64,000 nt of DNA from Candidatus Dormibacteria bacterium (GTDB lineage Bacteria; Chloroflexota; Dormibacteria; Aeolococcales; Aeolococcaceae), in contig JBMFXB010000002.1 of NCBI GenBank assembly GCA_049964715.1, forward strand, positions 12,386 through 76,385, in the 5' to 3' direction. The notes under the pieces were generated by a model. The model ran no database searches and was not told where the DNA came from. It saw nothing but the letters and a program-made list of their open reading frames with translations. Position numbers and translations under genes: made by a program. Of this stretch, positions 30,292 through 40,135 are shown piece by piece. The first letter of the stretch is position 1. Each line of letters starts with the position of its first letter.

Positions 30292-32219
30292 GCGACCCGC
30301 TCTCCTTTCCGGCTGAGTGAATATGCTGGTACATCATGTGCAATGCGCTCATATACTGATGCAGCTGTAGGAACCCAATTTGGTTCGTCTCCACATACCT
30401 TGGCAAGTTCAGTCAGGACGACAAGTTCATTTGGGGTCCGTGTTGCTGGAGGAAGGGCTGGCCGCAGTGATTGAACACGTCCCTCCGTGTTCGTGACAGT
30501 ACCTGCCTTCTCAAAGAAACTGTGACCTGGAAGTACTACAGTCGCATTGTCAGTTACGATGCTTGGCACATCTTCGATTGCAACGACCACTTCGCACGCT
30601 GAAAGAGCTTCCCTGAGTCGTGCTTCTCCTATCTCCTCGACAAGATCGCTACCATGCACAACGAACATTGCCTTGATTGCTCGATTCGTTGCAAGGTCAA
30701 GTACCTGGCCAAGGTACTTTCCGGACTTCTTGGCAGGAACATATCCTGGAAGGAAATTTGGCTCAATGCCAAGATCTTTTGCCCCACGACCGTTGACTGC
30801 CCTGGTGATGGTGAGCTGCTGCACATTCTTTGCTTTACGAGTAAGTTCCTCGCGAAGAGCTGCTGCAATATCACGGTCGTCCTCGTGAACAATCACCCCT
30901 ACAGTTCCCTCTGCATGTACAGAGAGAACAACATCATGCACATCACTTCCATCTTCACGAACACGAAGTACCTGCACACCACGCTTTGTTTGTGCCTTTC
31001 TCAAACGAAGAGTCAGTACTGGTGACTCAACTTCTCCTCTGCTTCCAACTACAATCACTGTGCTGCACTGTTCAATATCTGCAATGCCCAGTGCATGCTC
31101 AGCAGGTGACAGCTTCAGGAATTCACGAATTGAGTGATTGACATGTTGCGTATCGAGTACTTGTCGTGCAAGGTGCTGAATGAGCCAAAGTTCTTCATTC
31201 GTGAGATGCGGGGATGCCAGCACTGCAATAGCACTTCCTCCGTGCTTCTCACGTACGCCAACAAGCTGTCTCCCAGCTTCCACGTAGGATTCCTCTATGG
31301 TCGTGAAGTCTGCCTTCTCTCCTCTCCGGTGTATTGAGGGGCGGTGTATTCGTTCCCGATTGTTCCACGATGTAGCACTGTATCTTCCACGATCACAGAG
31401 CCACATGTCATCGACTGCTGGATTGTCACGTGAAGCAAATCGCCGAACTTCGAAATCCCTGCTGTCAACAAAGATATTGCACCCGTACGAACAACCTGGG
31501 CAAATACTCGGAGTACGCTGGAGATCCCAGGGACGGGAAGTAAATCTGTACTGCTTGTGCGTAAGTGCACCAACAGGACATACCTCGGGGAGATTACCCT
31601 GAAATTCTGAGGTAAGGGGCTCACTACTGAACGTTTCTACTACTGTCTTGATACCCCGTTCCCTGAGGACAATTTCCTTCTCACCTGTGATCTCATCGTA
31701 GTACCGCACGCATCGCCAGCAGAGTATGCACCGTTCCTGATCAAGTTCGATCTTGTCAGAAAGTGAAAACGCCTTTTTCGCATGCACCTTGTCAGTCGTG
31801 CTGAAACGTGAATCGTTTGGTCCATAGCGAAATGCGAAATCCTGAAGGTCGCACTCACCCCCGCGATCACAGACAGGACAATCGAGAGGGTGATTCTCAA
31901 GCAGGAACTCCAGTACTCCTTCTCTCACCTTGTGAACACTGTCACTCTTTGTGGTCACTACCATGCCATCTGAAACAACTGTTGCACATGCAGGTTGTAG
32001 CTTTGGTATCTTCTCAATGTTTACAAGGCACATTCTGCACACTGCAACAGGATCCATCTTCGGATGAGCACAGTACACAGGTATATGAACTCCTGCAGCA
32101 AGAGCAGCATCGAGAACGAGGGTTCCCTTTGGAACACGAACTGTTACCCCGTCAATGGCAACACCAACGAGACCGTCATCAATGACAGTCTCCTGGGTTG
32201 CACTGTTCTCCTCAGCCAT
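30285..32219 (-). CDS. nuoG: NADH-quinone oxidoreductase subunit G (75 kDa Fe-S subunit)
   Basis: N-terminal 2Fe-2S and 4Fe-4S cysteine clusters (CRMCLV.., CPVCDRGGECDLQ, CILCWRCVRY) plus a molybdopterin-oxidoreductase-like domain. Confidence 0.85.
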   Translation of the reverse strand: MAEENSATQETVIDDGLVGVAIDGVTVRVPKGTLVLDAALAAGVHIPVYCAHPKMDPVAVCRMCLVNIEKIPKLQPACATVVSDGMVVTTKSDSVHKVREGVLEFLLENHPLDCPVCDRGGECDLQDFAFRYGPNDSRFSTTDKVHAKKAFSLSDKIELDQERCILCWRCVRYYDEITGEKEIVLRERGIKTVVETFSSEPLTSEFQGNLPEVCPVGALTHKQYRFTSRPWDLQRTPSICPGCSYGCNIFVDSRDFEVRRFASRDNPAVDDMWLCDRGRYSATSWNNRERIHRPSIHRRGEKADFTTIEESYVEAGRQLVGVREKHGGSAIAVLASPHLTNEELWLIQHLARQVLDTQHVNHSIREFLKLSPAEHALGIADIEQCSTVIVVGSRGEVESPVLTLRLRKAQTKRGVQVLRVREDGSDVHDVVLSVHAEGTVGVIVHEDDRDIAAALREELTRKAKNVQQLTITRAVNGRGAKDLGIEPNFLPGYVPAKKSGKYLGQVLDLATNRAIKAMFVVHGSDLVEEIGEARLREALSACEVVVAIEDVPSIVTDNATVVLPGHSFFEKAGTVTNTEGRVQSLRPALPPATRTPNELVVLTELAKVCGDEPNWVPTAASVYERIAHDVPAYSLSRKGERVAW

Positions 32220-32229
32220 TCTCCCCTCC

Positions 32230-33510
32230 TTAGACCATCACCACTGGATGGCGAACTGGACATGCAGGTACTCCACAGTGCGATCTGAATTCCTCCCGGA
32301 ATGCCTTATACGCTGACATGACAAACCACGTTGCAGTGTCTCCAAGTGGACAGAAGCACTTCCCATTCATGTTGTCACAGATATCTTCCAGCGTTGCGAG
32401 CTCATCAAGGGTTGCTTCTCCTGCTTCAAGCCTGTGCATGAGCTTCGACTCGAAGTAAGTCCCTTCTCTGCATGGAACACACTTTCCACAAGACTCATGA
32501 TGATAAAAGTCAACTAGCCTCATTGATACATTGACCATGCACGTTGTCTGATCCATGAAAATCATGGCCCCTGCACCGAGAGAGGATCCTGCCTTTGCCA
32601 CTGCATCGAAGTCCAAAGGAAGATCAAGGTGTTCAGGAAGGAGAACCTGCATCGAGCCACCACCAGGCTGAAATGCCTTGAGCGTACTTCCCTCAAGCAT
32701 TCCTTGGCATTCCTCTTCCAGGAGTTCCCGAATTGTCGTACCCATGGCCATCTCGTACACACCTGGACGGTTTACATGGCCCGAGCAGCAAAAAAGTCGC
32801 GTTCCAGCACTCGTCTCACAGCCTATGGTCTTGTACCATGCTCCACCGTGTTCAATTATGTGCGGAAGTGTTGACAACGTCTCGACATTATTTACTACTG
32901 TTGGCTGACCATACAGCCCTTTTATTGCAGGAAATGGTGGTTTGAGCCGTGGTTGTCCACGATACCCTTCGAGTGAGGAAAGTAATGCTGTCTCCTCACC
33001 GCATATGTATGCACCTGCTCCACCATGAACAATGATTTCACAGTCAAAGTCCTTGCCCATGATATTCTTGCCGACATACCCTTTTGCTCGGGCTTCCTCA
33101 ACACATCGTTCAAGAGTGAGTCGTTGATCATGGTATTCACCACGGATGTATATGAATGCGTGGTGAACCTGAAGGGCAAATGCTGCTATAAGGAGCCCTT
33201 CTATTAGTTGGTGGGGATTCTTGTCAATGAGATAGCGATCCTTGAAGCATCCTGGTTCAGATTCATCCGCATTGCAGCATAGATACCGTGGAAAAATATC
33301 CTTCGGAAGAAAGGACCACTTGGTGCCTGTAGGAAATGCTGCACCACCACGACCCCGAAGACCGGAAGCCTTGACTTCCTCAATAATTGCCTCGGGAGTC
33401 ATGCCCAGTGTCTTGCGGAGGGATTGATACCCGCCAGTTCGCTCATATCCCTGAAGTGTATCCAGGTCTTTGTCGCCGACGTGTGCTGTGAGCAGTCTGT
33501 GTTCAGCCAT
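32230..33510 (-). CDS. nuoF: NADH-quinone oxidoreductase subunit F
   Basis: GGAAFPTGTKWSF FMN/NADH-binding motif and C-terminal 4Fe-4S cysteines. Confidence 0.9.
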   Translation of the reverse strand: MAEHRLLTAHVGDKDLDTLQGYERTGGYQSLRKTLGMTPEAIIEEVKASGLRGRGGAAFPTGTKWSFLPKDIFPRYLCCNADESEPGCFKDRYLIDKNPHQLIEGLLIAAFALQVHHAFIYIRGEYHDQRLTLERCVEEARAKGYVGKNIMGKDFDCEIIVHGGAGAYICGEETALLSSLEGYRGQPRLKPPFPAIKGLYGQPTVVNNVETLSTLPHIIEHGGAWYKTIGCETSAGTRLFCCSGHVNRPGVYEMAMGTTIRELLEEECQGMLEGSTLKAFQPGGGSMQVLLPEHLDLPLDFDAVAKAGSSLGAGAMIFMDQTTCMVNVSMRLVDFYHHESCGKCVPCREGTYFESKLMHRLEAGEATLDELATLEDICDNMNGKCFCPLGDTATWFVMSAYKAFREEFRSHCGVPACPVRHPVVMV

Positions 33511-33531
33511 TATTCTTCCTCGCAGTACATT

Positions 33532-34134
33532 CTATCGTTTTGAAGAACGACGACGACCTTTCTTTGGATCGGCTTCCGTTTTCTCCGATGTCGACTCAGT
33601 GTGGAGTTCGTGAGCCTCTTGTGGACCTGTTGCACCATGATGGCCTTCTTTCTGTGCAGGAAGGTACTTCTCAGTGTGTTCGAGGAGGTCATCGATCTCC
33701 TCTGGCGTCAAATGCTCGACAAAGTGGTGATCCAGCTGCATGGCTGGAGCGTAACCGCATGCACCCAAACACTCAACTGTACGTTCCCACGTCATGGTGC
33801 CATCTGCTGAGGTTGCTCCTGATGGACCAATACGTGCCTGAAGTCGATCGGCGATGTCATCTGCACCACGCAATGCGCACGATACGTTCGTGCACACCAG
33901 AAGGAAGTGCTTTCCACGGGGCTTGAGTGCAAACATTGAATAGAAGGTCGCAACAGACTCCACCTCACTCGGAGTGATACTAAGGAGATCAGCAATATCT
34001 GCAAAACGCTCTGCAGTAATGTAGCCCTCTGCTTCTTGTACAGCCCAAAGGGCAGGAATAACAGCACTTCGTGGTTGTGGATACCGATCCCGGAGTGTCG
34101 AGATTGATGTTCTGAGAGTATCTGGCAGTGTCAT
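33532..34134 (-). CDS. nuoE: NADH-quinone oxidoreductase subunit E
   Basis: Thioredoxin-like 2Fe-2S subunit (CTNVSCALRG, CLGACGYAP). Basic C-terminal tail. Confidence 0.85.
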   Translation of the reverse strand: MTLPDTLRTSISTLRDRYPQPRSAVIPALWAVQEAEGYITAERFADIADLLSITPSEVESVATFYSMFALKPRGKHFLLVCTNVSCALRGADDIADRLQARIGPSGATSADGTMTWERTVECLGACGYAPAMQLDHHFVEHLTPEEIDDLLEHTEKYLPAQKEGHHGATGPQEAHELHTESTSEKTEADPKKGRRRSSKR

Positions 34135-35402
34135 TAGCGATCTACATCCCCCAATACTATGTCGATCGAACCTATGATTGCGACTGTATCCGCAATAAGA
34201 TGACCCCTGGCCATACTCGGCAAGCCAGCAAGATTGCTAAACGATGGAGCACGTACCTTGCATCGATATGGACGATTGCTTCCATCACTCACAATGTAGT
34301 ATCCAAGCTCCCCACGAGCTGACTCTATGGCTGTGTATGTTGTCCCCTTTGGAGGATGCATACCTTCAGTGACGAGCTTGAAATGATTGATAAGGGATTC
34401 CATACTCGTATTGATCTCGTTCCTTGGAGGTGGGGACACCTTCCTGTTCATGGAAGTAACTGGCCCCTCAGGAAGTCGATCAAGTGCCTGAGCAATTATC
34501 TTGAGAGACTCACGCATCTCTTGCATTCTGCAGAGGTATCGGTCATAGACATCTCCATGGGTACCAATCGGAACATCAAAGTCGAATTCCTCGTAGCCGC
34601 AATACGGCTGTGCTTTTCGGAGATCAAATGGAATACCCGAACCACGAAGGCTGGGGCCAGTAAGACCATATGAGACAGCATCATCCTTGCTGATCACACC
34701 GATCCCAATCGTCCGATCCCGAAAGATTGGATTGTTTGTCACAAGAAGGTCGTACTCTTCAAATGCCTTCGGGAATGTGTCGAGAACATGTCTGACCATG
34801 TCGACAAATCCCACTGGAACATCTGCCATCAGACCACCAATGCGTATGAATGATGTGTGCATTCGTACACCACTGATGAACTCATTGATATCAAGGATCG
34901 TCTCTCGCTCACGCCATGCATACATGAATGGTGAGGTTGCACCCATATCCATGGCGCTCGTTCCGAACCAGATGAGATGACTTGCAATACGTGTGAGTTC
35001 AGAGAGGATCACACGAAGATACCGTGCACGCTCAGGAACCTCGATACCAAGAAGCTTCTCTACAGCAAGGGCAAAACCGAGATTGTTGAGCATCGGCCCG
35101 AGATAATCCATGCGATCCGTATACGGTACGCACTGCCAATACGTGTGGGATTCAAACGACTTTTCAAACCCAGTGTGGAGATATCCAATATCTGGTCGGC
35201 ATTCCTTCACGACTTCTCCATCAAGATCCAGTACAAGCCGGAGCACACCGTGTGTTGAAGGATGCTGTGGACCCATATTGAGTTCCATCGTGCCGTCATC
35301 CAGCTGTGTCGCATCAATGGCACTATTCCCAGGATCAAGGCCGACAGATGCACGACCACGTGCGAATTCATCCATCTCCTCTCCCGTGCTGTCCTGTACC
35401 AC
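34134..35402 (-). CDS. nuoD: NADH-quinone oxidoreductase subunit D
   Basis: 422 aa, 49 kDa subunit. Confidence 0.9.
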   Translation of the reverse strand: MVQDSTGEEMDEFARGRASVGLDPGNSAIDATQLDDGTMELNMGPQHPSTHGVLRLVLDLDGEVVKECRPDIGYLHTGFEKSFESHTYWQCVPYTDRMDYLGPMLNNLGFALAVEKLLGIEVPERARYLRVILSELTRIASHLIWFGTSAMDMGATSPFMYAWRERETILDINEFISGVRMHTSFIRIGGLMADVPVGFVDMVRHVLDTFPKAFEEYDLLVTNNPIFRDRTIGIGVISKDDAVSYGLTGPSLRGSGIPFDLRKAQPYCGYEEFDFDVPIGTHGDVYDRYLCRMQEMRESLKIIAQALDRLPEGPVTSMNRKVSPPPRNEINTSMESLINHFKLVTEGMHPPKGTTYTAIESARGELGYYIVSDGSNRPYRCKVRAPSFSNLAGLPSMARGHLIADTVAIIGSIDIVLGDVDR

Positions 35403-35995
35403 TATTTCATCTCCCCGGGCATCGTGTCTGGTCTCTGCGCTTCCTGAGAAGCCCAGTGAATGTTATGTGTGAAGGCAACAGGTTCTCCGAAGGAGATGTA
35501 GTCCTTCCTGAGAGGATACCCCTCCCAGTCATTTGGGAGCAGAATGCGCTTGAGGTCATGATGGCCATCAAACACGATTCCAAAGAGATCGAATGTTTCT
35601 CGCTCGTGCCAATCCATACCAGCGTACATGTCCTCAAGAGTTGGAACATGTGGATCTTTCTCAGTGACTCGCACAATGATTTGAACTGAATCATTAAAAG
35701 AGAGTGAACGAAGAACGTAGACAACATCAAATCGTGGTAGATCCGGCTCTCTGTCAGGGTAGTCCACTGCAGTCACAAGCACGGGAAGGGTATAAAGTGC
35801 TTCATGATGATCCCGAAGGAGTTTCACGACTGCCACAAGTTCACTGCGGTCTATGACGACAGTGAGTTCGTCACATGAAACATGTTCCTCAAGGATTGCC
35901 TGTGGCATGGTCCGTTTCAACACATCACGTGCACGAGCTCCTGAAACAATCGGGTTTACCGATCCCTGCGTGTCTGTCACGCCATATCCCCCCAC
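35402..35995 (-). CDS. nuoC: NADH-quinone oxidoreductase subunit C
   Basis: 197 aa, 30 kDa subunit (separate C and D genes). Confidence 0.85.
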   Translation of the reverse strand: MGGYGVTDTQGSVNPIVSGARARDVLKRTMPQAILEEHVSCDELTVVIDRSELVAVVKLLRDHHEALYTLPVLVTAVDYPDREPDLPRFDVVYVLRSLSFNDSVQIIVRVTEKDPHVPTLEDMYAGMDWHERETFDLFGIVFDGHHDLKRILLPNDWEGYPLRKDYISFGEPVAFTHNIHWASQEAQRPDTMPGEMK

Positions 35996-36552
35996 AATTT
36001 CGGATCCTGCTCATGGGAAATCTTCTTCTGGAGCTTTACGACTGCATCGAGAAGACTCTCTGGTCGGGGAGGACATCCTGGAATAAATATGTCGACTGGG
36101 ACAACCTTGTCCACACCCTGAACGATGGCGTAGTTGTTGAACATTCCACCGCTGGATGCACATGCACCCATGCTTATCACCCACTTGGGCTCTGCCATCT
36201 GGTCGTATACCTGACGAAGAACTGGTGCCATCTTCTGTGAAACACGCCCGGCAACAATCATGACATCTGACTGCCGAGGAGAGGCACGAAAGACCTCAGA
36301 ACCGAATCGAGCCATGTCGTACCGAGCTGCACCTGTTCCCATCATCTCGATCGCACAACATGCAAGTCCAAAAAGGGCAGGCCAGAGGGAACTGTACCGC
36401 CCCCATTTAACGACCTTATCTAGCGTTGTTGTGATGAAACCGCTTTGTGCAGCAAGCCTCTCACCTTCAAGTGAACGAGGAAGTGCAATTGTTCCTTCAT
36501 CGCTTGCACGCAGCCATGGCTCACTCATTGCCAGTAGGGTATGTTCATTCAT
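35977..36552 (-). CDS. nuoB: NADH-quinone oxidoreductase subunit B
   Basis: [10 protein letters not shown] and CPPRPE 4Fe-4S (N2) motifs. Confidence 0.9.
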   Translation of the reverse strand: MNEHTLLAMSEPWLRASDEGTIALPRSLEGERLAAQSGFITTTLDKVVKWGRYSSLWPALFGLACCAIEMMGTGAARYDMARFGSEVFRASPRQSDVMIVAGRVSQKMAPVLRQVYDQMAEPKWVISMGACASSGGMFNNYAIVQGVDKVVPVDIFIPGCPPRPESLLDAVVKLQKKISHEQDPKLWGDMA

Positions 36553-36904
36553 CCCACTTCAGCGCCCCCTTGCGCCACACATATACAAGCCCCAAAAAAA
36601 GCGTTGCAATAAAGACACCCATCTCTATGATGCCAAAGACTTTCAGCTCACGTACGATGGTTGCCCACGGGAAAAGAAAGACAGACTCCACATCAAACAC
36701 AATGAAGAGCATTGCAGTGACATAGAATCCAATTGCAAACCTCCGATGCGCCTGCTCTGCAGGTACGATGCCAGACTCGTAAGGAACATCTTTTGCAGCC
36801 AGGTGCCGTTTGGGTCCGACAAACGATGCCACGATGGGCACGACCACTCCGAACGCAAGGCAGACGATGAGAAAGACGACGAGTGGGAGGTAGTTACTTA
36901 ACAT
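36545..36904 (-). CDS. nuoA: NADH-quinone oxidoreductase subunit A
   Basis: 3-TM subunit. Start trimmed to [14 protein letters not shown] (about 120 aa); the ORF extends to 37033, but that would overlap the divergent dehydrogenase gene. Confidence 0.8.
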   Translation of the reverse strand: MLSNYLPLVVFLIVCLAFGVVVPIVASFVGPKRHLAAKDVPYESGIVPAEQAHRRFAIGFYVTAMLFIVFDVESVFLFPWATIVRELKVFGIIEMGVFIATLFLGLVYVWRKGALKWDE

Positions 36905-36978
36905 CACCCCTATGCTAGCAAAAGGATGAACACTCCCTCGGGAAGCAGAGAGAGCTCCAAGTACGCTATAACCAGCAC
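36905..36978. promoter_or_regulatory. Divergent intergenic region between nuoA and the short-chain dehydrogenase gene; likely nuo operon promoter
   Basis: Position only. No confident -35/-10 assignment made. Confidence 0.3.
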
Positions 36979-37779
36979 ATGGTACTCCCTGCTCTTCCCT
37001 CCTCTCTACCGGTCCTGGTGACTGGTGCCTCAAGTGGTATTGGGGCTGAATTTGCCCGCCAATTCGCTGAACGTGGCCACAACTGCACTCTTGTTGCTCG
37101 CCGTGAAGATCGACTCACACGTCTTGCACAGCAACTAACTGCTACCTACGGAATAACAGCTACACCACTTGTTGCAGATCTCACCACACCAGAAGGTATC
37201 GATGCCGTAAAGACACACATTGCTACCCCAACAGCGTGGATCCTTGTGAACAATGCAGGTTTCGGAACATCCGGACCATTTGCCAACACGCACGTTGAAC
37301 GGGATCTCGAGGAAATCCGACTCAATGTGACTGCTCTCCTTGCCCTCACCCATCAAGCTCTCATACAGAATTTGCCTCACAGGAGTGGTGGAATCATCAA
37401 TGTTGCAAGCCTTGCTGGATTTCAACCGATACCGTACATGGCGACGTATGCAGCAACAAAGGCTTTCGTCCTCCATTTCACAGAGGCAATTGCCCAAGAG
37501 AATGCTGGTAGTGGCGTTCGCATTCTTGCACTCTGCCCAGGACCAGTTCCCACGGAGTTTGGAACTATTGCCCATGCAGGACCAATGTTCTCTCAGGTTC
37601 CAACCATTCCGGTGGATCAGTGCGTCCAACTTGCACTTCGTTCATTCGACCGCAATCGTGTCATCTGCGTACCTGGGAGTGGACCAACAGTCCTCTCTAC
37701 ACTCTCTCACCTAGCTCCACGCAGTCTCATTCGAAAGTCCCTTGGGCGGGTCCTGAAGGCAGGAATCGCTCGTAACTAG
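36979..37779 (+). CDS. Short-chain dehydrogenase/reductase
   Basis: VLVTGASSGIGAEFARQFAERGHNCTLVAR Rossmann motif (TGxxxGIG), NNAG, and YxxxK in the region YMATYAATKAF. Confidence 0.85.
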   Translation: MVLPALPSSLPVLVTGASSGIGAEFARQFAERGHNCTLVARREDRLTRLAQQLTATYGITATPLVADLTTPEGIDAVKTHIATPTAWILVNNAGFGTSGPFANTHVERDLEEIRLNVTALLALTHQALIQNLPHRSGGIINVASLAGFQPIPYMATYAATKAFVLHFTEAIAQENAGSGVRILALCPGPVPTEFGTIAHAGPMFSQVPTIPVDQCVQLALRSFDRNRVICVPGSGPTVLSTLSHLAPRSLIRKSLGRVLKAGIARN

Positions 37780-38687
37780 TGCACCTCATCATGGGGACGG
37801 AGACGAACTTCAACAGAACCCTCATGACGACGGACCTCGAATATTGTCTGTGGTGCTGATGCAGGTCCATGGACGACTTCACCGGTAGCAAGATCAAAGA
37901 CACTTTGATGCCAGGGACAGGTAACGCACCCATCTGTATCAACACTTCCCTCTGCAAGGGGCCCCCCTGCATGCGAACAGGTGTTTGCAAGCGCATAGAT
38001 CTTCCGGTGATTTTTGTACAGAACGATATCAACTCCATGAGCAGATACTTTCGTAAGTGTATTTTCCTTGAGGTTCTCATCCTGCATTACTGCAATCCAC
38101 TGCTCGGGATATGCTTCAAATGCTCCGTGGTTGACACCCATTCCCTTACGGAGGGTCATATGCCCCCCAACAAAACCTGCACCTGCAAGGAGACTGAATC
38201 CAAGGAGTCTGAGTGCTCGTGCCCGGAATCCATGACCACGCAGTCTGGGTTCAAATGACAGGAGATAACAGGATAGTCCAGCACCATTGCCAACGGCATG
38301 GATGAACCCTATACGCTTCTCTTCGCCATATGCATCAACCCAGTCTGCAAGGCCGCTCGCTACAGTTGGTATAGCTGCAACAAGGCCAACTGCCACAAGA
38401 AGATCACTACTTCTTCGTGCATGGCGTGTTCCGACTACATGGAGAAGAGTTCCAGATGCAAGTGTGCCAATCACAACATCCGTAAGAGCAGGATGCACAG
38501 CATGTCCAAGCCACCCTCCAGTGAGTGCATCCTTGAGTTCACCTTGGGGAAGCACCTCGCCAATCAGCTTCTGGAGTGCATCTGCATACCGATCCAGCCT
38601 GTCATCCCTCGAAAGCCGCTCAAGTAGCTGCTCCCACTGACGCCGCCCTTCATGCTCCATTGACATACCGTTCCTCCTCAACTCCAC
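37776..38687 (-). CDS. Membrane protein with C-terminal Rieske [2Fe-2S] domain
   Basis: C-terminus CSHAGGPLAEG...CPWHQSVFD gives the Rieske CxH...CxxH motifs. The N-terminal half has several TM helices (DUF2231-like arrangement). Confidence 0.7.
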   Translation of the reverse strand: MELRRNGMSMEHEGRRQWEQLLERLSRDDRLDRYADALQKLIGEVLPQGELKDALTGGWLGHAVHPALTDVVIGTLASGTLLHVVGTRHARRSSDLLVAVGLVAAIPTVASGLADWVDAYGEEKRIGFIHAVGNGAGLSCYLLSFEPRLRGHGFRARALRLLGFSLLAGAGFVGGHMTLRKGMGVNHGAFEAYPEQWIAVMQDENLKENTLTKVSAHGVDIVLYKNHRKIYALANTCSHAGGPLAEGSVDTDGCVTCPWHQSVFDLATGEVVHGPASAPQTIFEVRRHEGSVEVRLRPHDEVH

Positions 38688-38700
38688 TCTACTTGCATTA

Positions 38701-38735
38701 CACCAAAACAGGGAATCCGTAACCGGATCCCCTGT
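38701..38735 (-). terminator. Rho-independent terminator of the WXG100 gene
   Basis: On the - strand: ACAGGGGATCCG-gtta-CGGATTCCCTGT followed by TTTTGGTG. Lies 25 nt after the stop at 38760. Confidence 0.55.
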
Positions 38736-38759
38736 TCGTAAATTACTTCTGCATATTGG

Positions 38760-39047
38760 TTAATGAAACGTCGACGAAACGGAAGACTCTGTCTCACGAT
38801 ACGAATTAGCTGCCTGATGAAGCTTCGCTGCAATCTGTATCAATGCATCCTGTAGCTGTTTTGCACCCGAGTTCCACTCCTGGTACAGACCATCAAAGTT
38901 TTCGTGAGCAACACCACTCCACACGGACTGGAGAGCATCCACCTGTGAGCGCAGCTGTGTGAGGATTTGCTCAATATTGTCATTTGCCGAAGTAGCATTA
39001 TTTCCTGCCTGATCTACGTCATCAGGAGTTACTGCAAAACCACTCAT
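38760..39047 (-). CDS. WXG100 family protein (ESAT-6-like, 95 aa)
   Basis: MSGFAVTPDDVDQAGNNATSANDNIEQILTQLRSQVDALQSVWSGVAHENF... has the central W-x-G motif (VWSG) and the size and helical-hairpin layout of WXG100 proteins. AGAGGAG lies upstream of the internal ATG; the ORF extends to 39140. Confidence 0.7.
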   Translation of the reverse strand: MSGFAVTPDDVDQAGNNATSANDNIEQILTQLRSQVDALQSVWSGVAHENFDGLYQEWNSGAKQLQDALIQIAAKLHQAANSYRETESSVSSTFH

Positions 39048-39223
39048 TTTTTTGACTCCTCTGCTGCTGTGCACTCCTCCACCCGTTAGGGCTTGGTGCA
39101 AGTATACGAGGTGACTTTTCACGACAGGTCTTCCTGTCACCCCATTGTTACCATTTCGCCGACAGCCATGATAACGATGTTTCAGTTCGCAATGTCACTC
39201 CCCATACCCTTCCCGAAGGTACT

Positions 39224-39502
39224 GTGAATTCTCTACACTGCATACACATGGCAGCATCAGCTCCGAACACTGCAACACTCACTGTTCCCACTTCGCTCTA
39301 TGCAAAGTGTGTTGCAGCAGCGCATATGGCCCGCTCCACTCCCGATGAACTTGCCTGCCGAATTCTTTCACAGTATTTGCAATCTGCTGAGGAAATGGAC
39401 GAACTATTTGCTGAAGCAGAGCTCACTGCTGCAATGCATGGACTAACAGAGAATGACATTGTTGATGCTGTCCACCGAACTCGAAAGGCACTTTCACGAT
39501 GA
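39224..39502 (+). CDS. Putative antitoxin partner of the PIN toxin
   Basis: Small ORF ending with ATGA overlap onto the PIN gene. C-terminal acidic/helical region. Family not assigned; the start may be the internal Met at 39248. Confidence 0.4.
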   Translation: MNSLHCIHMAASAPNTATLTVPTSLYAKCVAAAHMARSTPDELACRILSQYLQSAEEMDELFAEAELTAAMHGLTENDIVDAVHRTRKALSR

Positions 39503-39942
39503 CAACTGCACCACCTCAAGGACCTCCGACACGGGTCGTCTTTGACACAACCATTCTTATTGGTGCTGTGTATTTCAATGGAGTCATGCGTCGTGCTCTC
39601 ATGTCAACAACACGACCGAATGTCCAGCTGTACACCAGCTACCGCATCCTCTCTGAATTTTATTGGACCTGTGCGAACGATCCCCGCTTCCGCACCAGAC
39701 GTCAACACTACAAGACACTCTGGACAATGCTTCGTGCAAAGACTGTTACCCCTACCACCATTCCGCCGACATGTCCCGATCCCAATGATGACCATGTGCT
39801 TGGAGCTGCAGTTGCAGCGAAGGCGGACATGATTGTGAGTACCGATCATCATCTTCTTGGCATGAAGGAGTTTCGGGGGATACCCATAGTCACACCTGCT
39901 GAGTATCTCAAGTCACTTGTCCGACCAGAGCAGACTCTGTAA
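39499..39942 (+). CDS. PIN-domain protein (VapC-like toxin)
   Basis: RVVFDTTILIGAV (first acidic Asp) and DPNDDHVLGAAVAAKADMIVSTD (further conserved acidic residues) are typical of PIN nucleases. Confidence 0.6.
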   Translation: MTTAPPQGPPTRVVFDTTILIGAVYFNGVMRRALMSTTRPNVQLYTSYRILSEFYWTCANDPRFRTRRQHYKTLWTMLRAKTVTPTTIPPTCPDPNDDHVLGAAVAAKADMIVSTDHHLLGMKEFRGIPIVTPAEYLKSLVRPEQTL

Positions 39943-40135
39943 CAGCTATATTCCCTCGTTTGTGCATTGCTGCAGCCCACACATCGGTGTGAATGCTGCT
40001 GACCGGGAACTTGTGGAATGCACGTACTTCCTTGCTGCTTGCAAAGGAGCACATGTAGCTTTGGGACAGCGTTGCGGGCACATGCTTGGATCTTCACCTC
40101 GAGTGTGCACGCATGACACAAGCCTTGGAAGAAGC

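Noticed and set aside
22673-36904. Numerous 60-170 aa ORFs on the + strand antisense to the nuo genes (for example 28880-29557, 36260-36901, 35306-35689).
   Set aside because: They lie entirely inside and opposite to strongly supported, tightly packed nuo genes. They have no motifs, and are typical shadow ORFs of coding sequence with mid-range GC.
39943-40135. Possible tRNA or other RNA gene in the 190-nt gap after the PIN gene; also checked the gaps 46595-46790 and 9273-9440.
   Set aside because: No GTTCRANYC T-loop-like box or cloverleaf-compatible pairing was seen by eye. 46595-46790 is explained by a terminator hairpin. Without a covariance-model search a tRNA cannot be supported.
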